Positions 40,311 through 49,463 of a stretch of 62,795 nucleotides of DNA are shown here, piece by piece. The position numbers and the translations under genes are program-made. The stretch lies in IMG/VR virus record IMGVR_UViG_3300027754_000090, positions 1 through 62,795 of that record. One strand, written 5' to 3'. The stretch is from a virus (taxonomy: Duplodnaviria > Caudoviricetes). The notes beneath the pieces are model-generated. The model had not been told where the DNA came from. It did not search any database and saw nothing but the letters and a program-made list of their open reading frames with translations. The first letter of the stretch is position 1. Each line of letters starts with the position of its first letter.

Positions 40311-40664
40311 ATGATGATCAAAGTGATGACACCCGGACGCAAACGAGGTGGCGTGGAATATCCGCCCACATCCACTGAATACACTGTGGACATTGTGGTG
40401 GGCCGCAGCATTGAGATTTATTGCCAGCGCAAAGATCTCAGCATGGTAGCCGGTTCTGCGTTTGAGATTGGCGACACTGCGGAATACGACAGTTACAATC
40501 TCAGCTACACTGGCGAGATCACCAAGATCACTGACAAGGCTGTAACCATTAAGAAATATGGCACTTCACACCGCCTAAATTTGAATGAATTCTGTTGGCG
40601 TAATCACAACTTCAATGCAGCCGAAACCGCTGCCCGCAATGCCGAAACATCTATGTATATCTAA
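40311..40664 (+). CDS. Hypothetical early protein
   Basis: Promoter 40259-40287, AAGGAG RBS; GDTAEYDSYNLSYTG. Confidence 0.65.
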   Translation: MMIKVMTPGRKRGGVEYPPTSTEYTVDIVVGRSIEIYCQRKDLSMVAGSAFEIGDTAEYDSYNLSYTGEITKITDKAVTIKKYGTSHRLNLNEFCWRNHNFNAAETAARNAETSMYI

Positions 40665-40685
40665 ACACACGAGGACAACATACCA

Positions 40686-40784
40686 ATGGAAAACACAGAG
40701 ATCTTTAACGACTACCGTCACGAATATGACAGCTGGGATGACTTTCCAGAATGTACCGAGGTTGAGGAAGAGGAAGAGGAATAG
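40686..40784 (+). CDS. 32-aa highly acidic peptide
   Basis: GAGGA RBS; MENTEIFNDYRHEYDSWDDFPECTEVEEEEEE. Confidence 0.55.
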   Translation: MENTEIFNDYRHEYDSWDDFPECTEVEEEEEE

Positions 40785-40785
40785 C

Positions 40786-41001
40786 GTGCAGGACTTTCTC
40801 AGGCAGGAAGTGGTGATCGGAGACTATTTAGTATTTGGTCATGGTCCCAGGACCCTGTATCTTGGCGTTGTCAAGAATGTGGGCAAGAAAATGTTTTCAA
40901 TTCAGTTGCAGACTAGCTCAGGAAAAAGGATCAACAAGTACCCCGAGGGTGTGTTGAAAATAACCCCTGAGCAGGCATTTTGGCGTGTTCTCACTAGCTA
41001 G
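40786..41001 (+). CDS. Small SH3/KOW-like protein
   Basis: QDFLRQEVVIGD...KITPEQAFW. Confidence 0.55.
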   Translation: MQDFLRQEVVIGDYLVFGHGPRTLYLGVVKNVGKKMFSIQLQTSSGKRINKYPEGVLKITPEQAFWRVLTS

Positions 41002-41225
41002 ATACCAGCTCTGTGACAGCGTCAGAAACGCTCAGGAACGCATTCAGCGCCGAGTTGGGGTGTCAGACACCCATCCCGGGGTTTTCAACACGCGACAGAG
41101 CTGGTTTTCGCTAAGTTGTTGATTCCATTGATGTTGCTAACCTGTTGAAAACACAGGACTTAGTTGATCTAAACTTTTTCTGGAATTTGGTTGACTACGC
41201 GATAGCCGTTTGCTATACTTATGAT

Positions 41226-41435
41226 ATGGCACAGTACATAGTAAAGGATGAACACACTCTAGGGGTTATCGTGAGTGATATGTGTATGCAAATACTTGCT
41301 GGGAAGCCTCAGCTCGGTGGCCATTGCTGGAGGGATGGCACTGCTGCCTTTCTCCCGGACCAGAGTGACATTCGCCCGGCGACTATAGCAGACTTCGAGT
41401 ATTTTCGAGTGATGGTTCCTCCCAACTTTGCATAA
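41226..41435 (+). CDS. Small early protein (leaderless)
   Basis: TTGACT-N17-TATACT-N6-ATG. Confidence 0.6.
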   Translation: MAQYIVKDEHTLGVIVSDMCMQILAGKPQLGGHCWRDGTAAFLPDQSDIRPATIADFEYFRVMVPPNFA

Positions 41436-41475
41436 AGTTGTTGACAACTTCCCAACCAAATGTTATACTTATGAT

Positions 41476-41766
41476 ATGGACAACACAGTGACCCCAACCA
41501 AGACCGGAAACTTCCCGCACGATGTGCGGGCTGGATACTACACCGCAGTCCGTAACGCTCACTACAATATGAGAGATCAGCCATTGTTTAAGGCCCAGCT
41601 CCCAGTGAATACGTTCGATGCTGACTTCCAGCAGTATCTGCTGGACAATGGCGTTCCGTCCCAGTATGTCAGCAAGGTTGCTTATGCAGCCTATGAGCGT
41701 GGCCACAGTGGTGGAGATTCTGAGATTGTCAACTGTGCAGGTGATCTGATCGAGATCTTCAATTAG
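41476..41766 (+). CDS. Small early protein (leaderless)
   Basis: TTGACA-N17-TATACT-N6-ATG; AYERGHS motif. Confidence 0.65.
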   Translation: MDNTVTPTKTGNFPHDVRAGYYTAVRNAHYNMRDQPLFKAQLPVNTFDADFQQYLLDNGVPSQYVSKVAYAAYERGHSGGDSEIVNCAGDLIEIFN

Positions 41767-42071
41767 TTGTTGAAAACAAAGGACTTATCATGAACCCACA
41801 GTGTTTGAGTGTATGTGGCCCCTGCGCCACAGTGTGTAATGACTGTATCCAATCCCATAATCGTTCATTGCAGTGGCATACGGCCGAATGCTATCTGGAT
41901 GCTGTGCGGCTCGTGCGGCTGTTGACCCGGCTGGGATGGAAGTTAACGGCGCCAGAAAGTGTATCTGACGTCCGTCCTGGGTAACCTGTTGAAAACACTG
42001 GCAAAACATTTGGTTGACACTGACCAGACCATTTGCTATACTAGTTGAGTAGGGGAAAACACACAAACAAC

Positions 42072-42806
42072 ATGTATAAACGATACAGCAATCAATACAC
42101 TCCCAACCAGTTTACGCCCCAGCCCAGCTGGCAGGCCACCCGAGCACGTCGCGCCAATCCTGTGGCATTGAAGACCTGGACTGCTGATCAGGTATGGGCA
42201 GCCGCAGTGGTCGCACAGGATACCAACGACGCGTATGTAAAGTTCCCCACATACGGCGTCCTGGGCGAATTGTCCACCAAGCCCAATAAAAGCCTGATGC
42301 GAGAATTGCTGGACAAGGGTGTGTTTACTGCTGAGCAGATCACGGCCGGCAAATCAGTGCGTGAGCATTTTCATGGTCTGGTGTTTGAGCAGATGGCCGA
42401 CACCATTAACGATTTTTCCGCCAATGCATTGCGTATCTCTCATAAGACAGAATTCGTCAACACTGACTTCCTGGACTTGGCCATTGTGGCCAGCTTGCCC
42501 AGTTGTGCGCGGCGTGATATCCAGCGCAGGGTAGTGGCTGACCAGCGTACTGAAGCCGCTGCCACTAGCCAGCTGGTGGGGCAGATAGGCGAACGCATAA
42601 CCGGTGAGTTCACTGTGGTACAGTGCAGGTACAGCCAGAAATGGGGCCTGTACACTGCCAACGCCACCCAAGATGGCAACCTGTTCTTTATGTTCCTCAA
42701 ACAGGAACTGGCTGCTGGCAGCCAGGTAAAGTTGTCAGGCACAATCAAAGCTCACAGGGATGGCAACACCACTCAGCTGAATCGTGTCAAAGTGTTAGCA
42801 TCTTAG
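42072..42806 (+). CDS. Hypothetical protein with C-terminal OB-fold-like domain
   Basis: VGQIGER...LSGTIKAH....TQLNRVK; promoter cassette upstream. Confidence 0.65.
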   Translation: MYKRYSNQYTPNQFTPQPSWQATRARRANPVALKTWTADQVWAAAVVAQDTNDAYVKFPTYGVLGELSTKPNKSLMRELLDKGVFTAEQITAGKSVREHFHGLVFEQMADTINDFSANALRISHKTEFVNTDFLDLAIVASLPSCARRDIQRRVVADQRTEAAATSQLVGQIGERITGEFTVVQCRYSQKWGLYTANATQDGNLFFMFLKQELAAGSQVKLSGTIKAHRDGNTTQLNRVKVLAS

Positions 42807-42912
42807 TTAAAAGTGGTTGACACTGTTCATCAACCATGTTATACTTAATGAGTAACAGAAACACAAACTAGGGACACAGATCCCAAACACAAATAAAAGG
42901 ATAACTATTACA

Positions 42913-43539
42913 ATGTCAACGAAAAATCTCAAGAATCTTACCATGGCGTTTGCAGTTGCTACGGCGACTGAGCCGCCGCAGACCACGACTGCCAGTGCTA
43001 CCGCACCCAAAGTTAATAAGGCCCCCAAGCCGCTGGTTATGCACAATGCCACTTCGGCTAAGCCAACGCAGAGTGTGCCGCCCACGGTTGCTGCCGCAGG
43101 CAAGGTTACCAAGCCGCTGGTTACTCGCAATGCGACCAGCCCGCGACTGACGACCACGCCCAAGGCTCCCGCTACGGTCAAGTCCGTGACTACCCCAGCC
43201 AGCACTGGCCGTGATGCCAACAGCTTGCTCAGCAACAACTTCCGGTTGTTTGCTGTGGTGGGTACCACCACTTTCAAAGGCAGCACAAAGATCTGGTTTG
43301 CCAACGAGATTGCAACCAAGGTCAAGAACATGGAGAAGCAGGGTCATGTGGACATCGAGTTTATCTCGCTGCCCAACTCCATGACCAAGGCCGATGCCCT
43401 GAAGTATCTGGCCGCCAACCCTGGCCAGCTGAGTGTGGACAAGAGTTTGGCCACTGAGCTGGTGATTCAGAAGACCCAGAAGCTGACCAGTGCGTTTAAG
43501 CGCCAGGCTCATGCTGAGGTCGCTGACAGCGCCGTGTAG
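42913..43539 (+). CDS. Thr/Pro/Lys-rich protein with conserved C-terminal domain
   Basis: Promoter 42817, AAGGA RBS; WFANE...GHVDIEFISLPNSMTK. Confidence 0.65.
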   Translation: MSTKNLKNLTMAFAVATATEPPQTTTASATAPKVNKAPKPLVMHNATSAKPTQSVPPTVAAAGKVTKPLVTRNATSPRLTTTPKAPATVKSVTTPASTGRDANSLLSNNFRLFAVVGTTTFKGSTKIWFANEIATKVKNMEKQGHVDIEFISLPNSMTKADALKYLAANPGQLSVDKSLATELVIQKTQKLTSAFKRQAHAEVADSAV

Positions 43540-43610
43540 GCTGGGTTGGTAGCACACCGTGGCGGGGGACATGTCCCCCGCCAGATGACCGAGATTTAGG
43601 AGAATACTGT

Positions 43611-44627
43611 ATGCTGGAACTTAAAGGGCCTGCTGGTGACTTGGGAGTAATTGTGGGACGTTTTCAGACGCCCTATATCACCGACGGTCATCGTGAACTC
43701 ATTGACACTGTCAAAGCCCGTCATCCCAAGTTTGTGGTTGTGCTGGGTGTGGCTCGAGTGATTCCCACCAAAAGAAATCCGCTGGACTTCGCCACACGGC
43801 AACAGATGATCCAGGAAGCATATCCTGGTGCTGAGGTGCTGAGCAAGTGTGATGAGCGGCAGGACTCTGTATGGAGCCAGAACCTGGACCGCCTGCTGCG
43901 AGCCAATCATCCTTACGAAAAGATTGTACTGTATGGCAGCCGTGACAGCTTCATTGGTCGTTACTCTGGTCAGTTTGCCACAGTAGAACTGGATGAAGTT
44001 ATCAATCAGAATGGTTCTCAGGCCCGTCAGGCAGCATTTCACACCATTCGCAATACTGAAGACTTCCGTGCTGGTGTTTGTTATGCACAGGCCAACCAGT
44101 ATCCCAGAAAAAATCCCACTGTGGATGTAGCTGTGGAGCGTGGTGGCGAAGTATTGCTGGCTCGCAAAGCCGAAGACGGCGTCAATCAGTGGCGGTTCAT
44201 CGGCGGGTTCATTGATGCTGGTGAAACGGCAGTGCAGGCTGGACGCCGTGAGGTACTAGAGGAAACCGGTGCTGAGGTGTGGAAAATGGAATACATCATC
44301 AGCACACCCATTGATGATTGGCGCTATCAGGGAACCAACCAGAGCATTTTCACCACTATGTTCGCGGCTCCCTATGTGGGTGGGCCCTGTGTTGGTGCTG
44401 ACGATGTACAGGAAGTTCGGTGGTTTGATGTGCGCAACCTTGCCGAACGTATGATGGTTCCTGAACACCATGTGTTGCTGGATGCTTACCTGCGGTATCG
44501 CGGAATCCGTGGTGAAACACAAGTGCCAGGATCCAACTACTGTGTGGACACTGTGAAGTATACTCACATCAACGGCGAGAAAGTGGTGGTCACTCCAGTG
44601 GCTTATGATCGTGTGGTAACTGAATAA
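43611..44627 (+). CDS. Bifunctional NMN adenylyltransferase / Nudix hydrolase (NadM-Nudix)
   Basis: VGRFQ....GH, RNPL, Nudix box GGFIDAGET..QAGRREVLEETG. Confidence 0.9.
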   Translation: MLELKGPAGDLGVIVGRFQTPYITDGHRELIDTVKARHPKFVVVLGVARVIPTKRNPLDFATRQQMIQEAYPGAEVLSKCDERQDSVWSQNLDRLLRANHPYEKIVLYGSRDSFIGRYSGQFATVELDEVINQNGSQARQAAFHTIRNTEDFRAGVCYAQANQYPRKNPTVDVAVERGGEVLLARKAEDGVNQWRFIGGFIDAGETAVQAGRREVLEETGAEVWKMEYIISTPIDDWRYQGTNQSIFTTMFAAPYVGGPCVGADDVQEVRWFDVRNLAERMMVPEHHVLLDAYLRYRGIRGETQVPGSNYCVDTVKYTHINGEKVVVTPVAYDRVVTE

Positions 44628-44635
44628 GGAACTAT

Positions 44636-46066
44636 ATGGAACAGCCTAATCTTCGGACCTTTGACTTCAATGAGTTGCTGAATGATGTTATTGATTCTGA
44701 TTCCTACAAAGTATCACACCACAAACAGTACCCACCCGGTACTGAGTATGTATACAGCTATCTGGAAAGCCGTGGTGGAGAGTTTGACAGCCAGATAATG
44801 TTTGGCTTGCAATACATTCTGCAACGCTATCTCACTGGTGTGGTGGTGACCGATGAGGCCATTGACCTGGCCCGCACCATGATTGTGCCACACATGGGCG
44901 GCAATCCTGACCTGTTCAATGAAGCTGGTTGGCGTTATATTGTGCGTCAGCATGGTGGCCGATTGCCACTGAAAATCTGTGCTATCCCTGAAGGCACACC
45001 AATTTCACCGCACAATGCCCTGGTCACTGTGGTCAATACTGACCCTGAATGTTACTGGCTGGTGAACTACATGGAGACCGCGCTGATGCGGGTATGGTAC
45101 CCCATCACCGTGGCCAGCCTGAGCCACAACATTCGCAGCATCATCCAGAAGTATCTAATGCTCACTGGCACACCTGAAGCCATTGACTTCAAGTTGCAGG
45201 ACTTTGGCAGCCGTGGCAGCACCAGCCGTGAGAGTGCCGCAATTGGTGGCGCAGCCCACCTGGTAAACTTTCAGGGATCTGACACCATGGCTGCCATTCC
45301 GCTGCTGTATAAGTATTATGGTGCTACGGCCATGCCCAGTTACAGTGTGCCAGCATCCGAGCACAGCACCATCACCAGCTGGGGTCGAACCCGCGAGGCA
45401 GATGCTTACCGGAATCTGCTGACTCAATACCCCACTGGTATTGTCAGTATTGTAAGCGACAGCTATGATATCTTTGCCGCTTGTGACCAGATTTATGGTG
45501 TAGAGCTGAAACAGCTGATTGAAAATCGCAATGGTGTACTGGTGATCAGGCCCGACTCGGGTGACATCATTCCCACTGTGTTGCGAGTTCTGCAGATCCT
45601 GGAATCCCGTTTTGGTACCACAGTCAATAGCCTGGGCTATCGTGTGCTGCCTGAATATGTCAGAGTGTTGCAGGGCGATGGTATGAACATTAATACTATT
45701 GAACAGTTGTGTGCAGCACTGGCAGCTGATGGCTGGAGCATCGACAACGTTGCCTGCTTTGGTATGGGTGGCAAACTGTTGCAGGGCGTGGATCGTGACA
45801 CGCTGAAGTTTGCTTTCAAATGCAGCGCCATCAGAATTGCTGGTGAATGGCTTCCAGTGTACAAGGATCCGGTTACTGATCCCGGTAAGGCCAGCAAACA
45901 GGGCATCCTCACAGTGCAACAGGCCCAGACAGGGTTTGTGACCACTGGCTGTCTGGATCCCAGGGTGCAGCCAGGTGACCAACTAGTTACAGTGTTTGAG
46001 AATGGTGATATGGTGACTGAATATACGCTGGCGGAAATCCGCCAGCGTGCATTGGAGCAGAAATAA
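44636..46066 (+). CDS. nadV: Nicotinamide phosphoribosyltransferase (NAMPT)
   Basis: DSYKVSH..QYP, DFGSRG, PASEHS, VSDSYD, IRPDSGD, QGDG, KDPVTD.GK.SK.G. Confidence 0.93.
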   Translation: MEQPNLRTFDFNELLNDVIDSDSYKVSHHKQYPPGTEYVYSYLESRGGEFDSQIMFGLQYILQRYLTGVVVTDEAIDLARTMIVPHMGGNPDLFNEAGWRYIVRQHGGRLPLKICAIPEGTPISPHNALVTVVNTDPECYWLVNYMETALMRVWYPITVASLSHNIRSIIQKYLMLTGTPEAIDFKLQDFGSRGSTSRESAAIGGAAHLVNFQGSDTMAAIPLLYKYYGATAMPSYSVPASEHSTITSWGRTREADAYRNLLTQYPTGIVSIVSDSYDIFAACDQIYGVELKQLIENRNGVLVIRPDSGDIIPTVLRVLQILESRFGTTVNSLGYRVLPEYVRVLQGDGMNINTIEQLCAALAADGWSIDNVACFGMGGKLLQGVDRDTLKFAFKCSAIRIAGEWLPVYKDPVTDPGKASKQGILTVQQAQTGFVTTGCLDPRVQPGDQLVTVFENGDMVTEYTLAEIRQRALEQK

Positions 46067-46419
46067 TGAAAACTTGGAAACGATGGGTCGCAGTTAAGTT
46101 GTGGGTGTCAGTGGCGTTGTTGACCACCGCTTGTGGTGGAGCTGCGTTGGATGGTGTATGGTATGACAGCTTTGGTTTAGCAAATGACACTACCAAACAA
46201 AAGCCTGGTGTGGTGTATGAGATTAGTGCATCCAGTGTGGTGTGGGCAGTGTTGCTGGTTGAGACTGTAGTGGTGCCGGTTTATATTGTGGGTTGGGATC
46301 TGTATACCCCAATTCGGATACTCCACAGAAAACCTCAGCTATACCAACGAACTAGCATAAATAAAAGCATACAGCGGGTTCCCATAGTGGTATTGGAGCG
46401 GTTTGCTAAACCGTCGTAG
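46066..46419 (+). CDS. Putative lipoprotein/membrane protein
   Basis: Lipobox-like LTTAC and a hydrophobic segment. Confidence 0.55.
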   Translation: MKTWKRWVAVKLWVSVALLTTACGGAALDGVWYDSFGLANDTTKQKPGVVYEISASSVVWAVLLVETVVVPVYIVGWDLYTPIRILHRKPQLYQRTSINKSIQRVPIVVLERFAKPS

Positions 46420-46463
46420 GGCTAATACCCCTACCGTGAGTTCGAATCTCACACCCGCTGCCA
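46373..46463 (+). tRNA. tRNA-Ser(GCT)
   Basis: Cloverleaf with long V-arm, loop TTGCTAA, G73, CCA. Confidence 0.88.
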
Positions 46464-46474
46464 TAGTTTTCCCC

Positions 46475-46564
46475 CGAGGGGTGCCAGAGTCCGGTTTATT
46501 GGAACAGTCTTGAAAACTGTCGGCGTGAGAGCGTCCGTGGGTTCAAATCCCACTTCCTCGGCCA
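46475..46564 (+). tRNA. tRNA-Ser(TGA)
   Basis: ACAGT-cttgaaa-ACTGT, long V-arm, G73, CCA. Confidence 0.88.
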
Positions 46565-46638
46565 GTAACTTTTCGCCCAGCATGATTGTTTGTTGGGCGA
46601 AAATGTGTTATACTAAATATAGTAACAAAGTAATACAA

Positions 46639-46709
46639 GCGGGACTCGTATAATGGTAATACCTCAGTTTTCCAAACTGAAGACAGGAGTCCGATTCTCC
46701 TGTCCCGCT
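46639..46709 (+). tRNA. tRNA-Gly(TCC)
   Basis: GCGGGAC/GTCCCGC acceptor, U73; T loop TCCGATT variant; no encoded CCA. Confidence 0.8.
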
Positions 46710-46741
46710 CAACTCCCAGAGAGGTAGTAAGTTTTAACTCA

Positions 46742-46813
46742 GCGAACATAGCTCAACGGTAGAGCTTCTCGTTGCCAACGAGAAGGTTGTGGGTTCAAAT
46801 CCCATTGTTCGCT
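46742..46813 (+). tRNA. tRNA-Gly(GCC)
   Basis: TCTCG-ttgccaa-CGAGA, U73, no CCA. Confidence 0.88.
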
Positions 46814-46830
46814 CAACTGACGGTGAAAAC

Positions 46831-47046
46831 ATGGCAATCAACCGATCCGAGTGGCCGCAGTATCAGGGCCGATTGACTGAGTTCTACAAATGTCTAACCA
46901 AAGTGCCGTATCAGAGCCGGCTGGTTGCCACCAAGCAAGCGTATGCGCTGGAAACCATCCGACCAGGCAGAATCTACAGTGTGTACACCTGCCCACATTG
47001 CGGATATTATCATGTGGGACGCCGATCTCAGCGTAATCCAGAATGA
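46831..47046 (+). CDS. Small Zn-ribbon protein
   Basis: C..K..Y...YTCPHCGYYHVG. Confidence 0.6.
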   Translation: MAINRSEWPQYQGRLTEFYKCLTKVPYQSRLVATKQAYALETIRPGRIYSVYTCPHCGYYHVGRRSQRNPE

Positions 47047-47203
47047 CTTCCATGCCCATAAATCATTATCAGTGTACAGAGTGTAAAGCACTGGTGGCTG
47101 ATCTTAGGCACCAGGATCCTGACCCCAACAAATGTCCCAAATGTGGGTCAGCCAGAAGTTTAACCAAGAAAATCAAAGTTAATTCTAACCAGGGTAAATC
47201 ATC

Positions 47204-47626
47204 ATGAGCTGTGTAATCATTGGTGACAGTATTGGTGTGGGAGTTGCCCGGCACCGAACTGAATGTATTTCTCAGGCACATGTGAGTCAGAACACCGCTC
47301 ACACTGTTAACTTGTTGAGTCGGATGCCTGGCGATCCTGACCAAGTACTGATCAGTGTGGGCAGTAATGATGTGATGGGACATTCTGATGTGTCCCACTG
47401 GGTTGCTGAGTATCACAAATTACGATCTAGCATCAACTCAGGGTGTGTGGTGTGGTTGTTGCCCAACAACAAGGAGACAGCCAGAGCTGCCATCACTATC
47501 GTGGCGCATCAACACGGTGATGCCGTGCTGGATACCAGACCTGTCACAAGTGCCGATCTAGTGCATCCCACATCATCTGGATATCAGCGTCTGGCTCGGC
47601 TCAGCCGACTAAGTACCTGCAACTAA
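47204..47626 (+). CDS. SGNH/GDSL-family hydrolase
   Basis: IIGDSI, GSND, D.VHP...GY. Confidence 0.8.
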   Translation: MSCVIIGDSIGVGVARHRTECISQAHVSQNTAHTVNLLSRMPGDPDQVLISVGSNDVMGHSDVSHWVAEYHKLRSSINSGCVVWLLPNNKETARAAITIVAHQHGDAVLDTRPVTSADLVHPTSSGYQRLARLSRLSTCN

Positions 47627-47627
47627 T

Positions 47628-47942
47628 ATGCCCACTGTTAAACAAGCCCGTGAATTTCTCGAAGCACCGCTGAAGTTTGGTGATCCAAATCAGATCGCTG
47701 CCTTGGCCACGCTGCGTGCGATGTATGATCTACAAGACCTGGTAGCTGAGTATCCTGATACTACATGGAGATGTGAGCAGTGTCATGGCACTGGTGTTGA
47801 TAAATTTGCTGACATTAAATGTGCTGATTGCGATGGCAAGGGCTCATTTATTCCCAGATCAGACGCAGACTACGAGGTGTTGACTCGTGGAGACATGCTG
47901 ATTATCATCAACATAGCTCAACAGATTGTGGGCGGATACTGA
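47628..47942 (+). CDS. Protein with DnaJ-type Zn finger repeat
   Basis: CEQCHGTG...CADCDGKG. Confidence 0.65.
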   Translation: MPTVKQAREFLEAPLKFGDPNQIAALATLRAMYDLQDLVAEYPDTTWRCEQCHGTGVDKFADIKCADCDGKGSFIPRSDADYEVLTRGDMLIIINIAQQIVGGY

Positions 47943-48767
47943 TCAGCCATGAAACTGCATACTGGGCCACAGGTGAACTTCGCGATCTGGTTTTTGGTCA
48001 GTGTAATATTGACGTTGATGCTGATGCCAGTACATATGATCATCAGTATAGCACTGTTGTTTCCCATTGGGCCAACCGCAAAGATTTATTATTGGGGATG
48101 GAATCTGGAAACCCGGGCACGAGGAATCAGACGGCGGATCACTGGCCTGTGGTAGTTTTCTATGTAAATTGGAGTAAAAACGTATGCGTAAAATATTCTT
48201 AATGTTGTTCACCAGCGTGTCAATCTTGGCTTCCACGCCTCGTTTTATTAGTGATCGGTATACGATCATGGTACGGCCATCACCGCAATATTACAAATAT
48301 AGTTATGGCAGTGCAGTGGCAGTGGGTATACTGGGATATGAGCTGGGCCGAATTTCGCGACCACGACCTGTAATCATCCAGAGTGTGCAACCCTCACCAG
48401 ATAGTTGCCGAACTGTGCTTATCCATCATGACCAGCTTGTGATTTGCAGGAATGCAATTGGCAATTGGCTGATTGTTAAACCAGTGCAATAGTGGACCAG
48501 CCCACGCTTTTTGATATCATTTCAGATCGAATACGCTGGCAGTGTGATTATTGCAGCTGGTGTGACGGTGGGTTGTTGCTGGAACCAAAAGACGACGCTG
48601 ATGAAATCGTGATGCGGGTGTACAATGGTAGCCATGGAGATATCTGTATGATCGGCTACCACAAGAGTTGTTTGGTTAATCAAGAAACTATCTGGAATAA
48701 TGCATTTAAGGTTTGACATCAGACACTGAAGTTTGCTATAATAGTTGAGTAGGCAGTTTACACACAC

Positions 48768-48849
48768 AGGCGAGTAGGAAAACGGTAACCCCTTCGGACT
48801 TTGAATCCGACGCTGAAAAGCACTGAGCGTTCGAGTCGCTCCTCGTCTG
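48768..48849 (+). tRNA. tRNA-Gln(TTG) with long variable arm
   Basis: AGGCGAG/CTCGTCT acceptor, TCGGA-ctttgaa-TCCGA, GCT-gaaa-AGC V-arm, G73; own promoter at 48713. Confidence 0.78.
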
Positions 48850-48863
48850 CTAAACACACACAT

Positions 48864-49250
48864 ATGAATGATAACAAAAGATATCGTCTGTACGTTTTGA
48901 CCAACTACTACCTCAGCAGCTTGCAGAAAGGTCTTCAGACTGCTCATGTGGTAAGCGAGCTGAGCCTGACTCGCAAGAAAGTTTATACTGATTGGGCTGA
49001 GCAAGATCGGACCATCATCATTCTCAACGGCGGTAACTGTGCTAACTTAACTGAATTCAGCACCTGGCTTGCTGACAACGTCAGCAAATGGCCCTGGGCG
49101 GCGTTTCATGAAGATGAGGACAGTCTCAATGGTGCTATCACCGCAGTGGGCATCATCTTGCCAGCATCAGTATATACTGGACCAGCAGGTGCTAACAGTA
49201 CTGATTATGCCTTGTTCACCAAGTTACGGCAACTGGCATTGGCCGTATGA
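48864..49250 (+). CDS. Peptidyl-tRNA hydrolase type 2 (PTH2)-like protein
   Basis: LYV....LS..QKG.Q.AH, W....TIIIL, F.E..LNGAITAVG pattern. Confidence 0.65.
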   Translation: MNDNKRYRLYVLTNYYLSSLQKGLQTAHVVSELSLTRKKVYTDWAEQDRTIIILNGGNCANLTEFSTWLADNVSKWPWAAFHEDEDSLNGAITAVGIILPASVYTGPAGANSTDYALFTKLRQLALAV

Positions 49251-49463
49251 TACGCCCAGCACAGGTGATTGTGGATCTGGATACCTGGAATCAGGAATGG
49301 AAATCTGCGTTGGGTGTAATTCGGCTTGCGCTCACTGACCAGCTCAGTGACCTTGGCAAGGATATCATTATACAGAGAATGGCACGGTTGCAGGGACGAC
49401 TGGATGGTACATACAATGGACCACTCAGCAGCAATCGCTGGGATTATCCAGATAAATAGTCAC

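Noticed and set aside
20200-42071. ORF-track starts such as MSRGKHT (20200, 42045), MSKEKIH (40290) and MTLTRS (39040)
   Set aside because: These TTG starts lie in the repeated promoter/leader. Real starts are downstream ATGs.
45155-45982. Long antisense ORFs (also 19523-20287, 42916-43572, 61500-62114, 35957-36661)
   Set aside because: They are opposite-strand shadows of well-supported genes, with no RBS or recognisable motifs.
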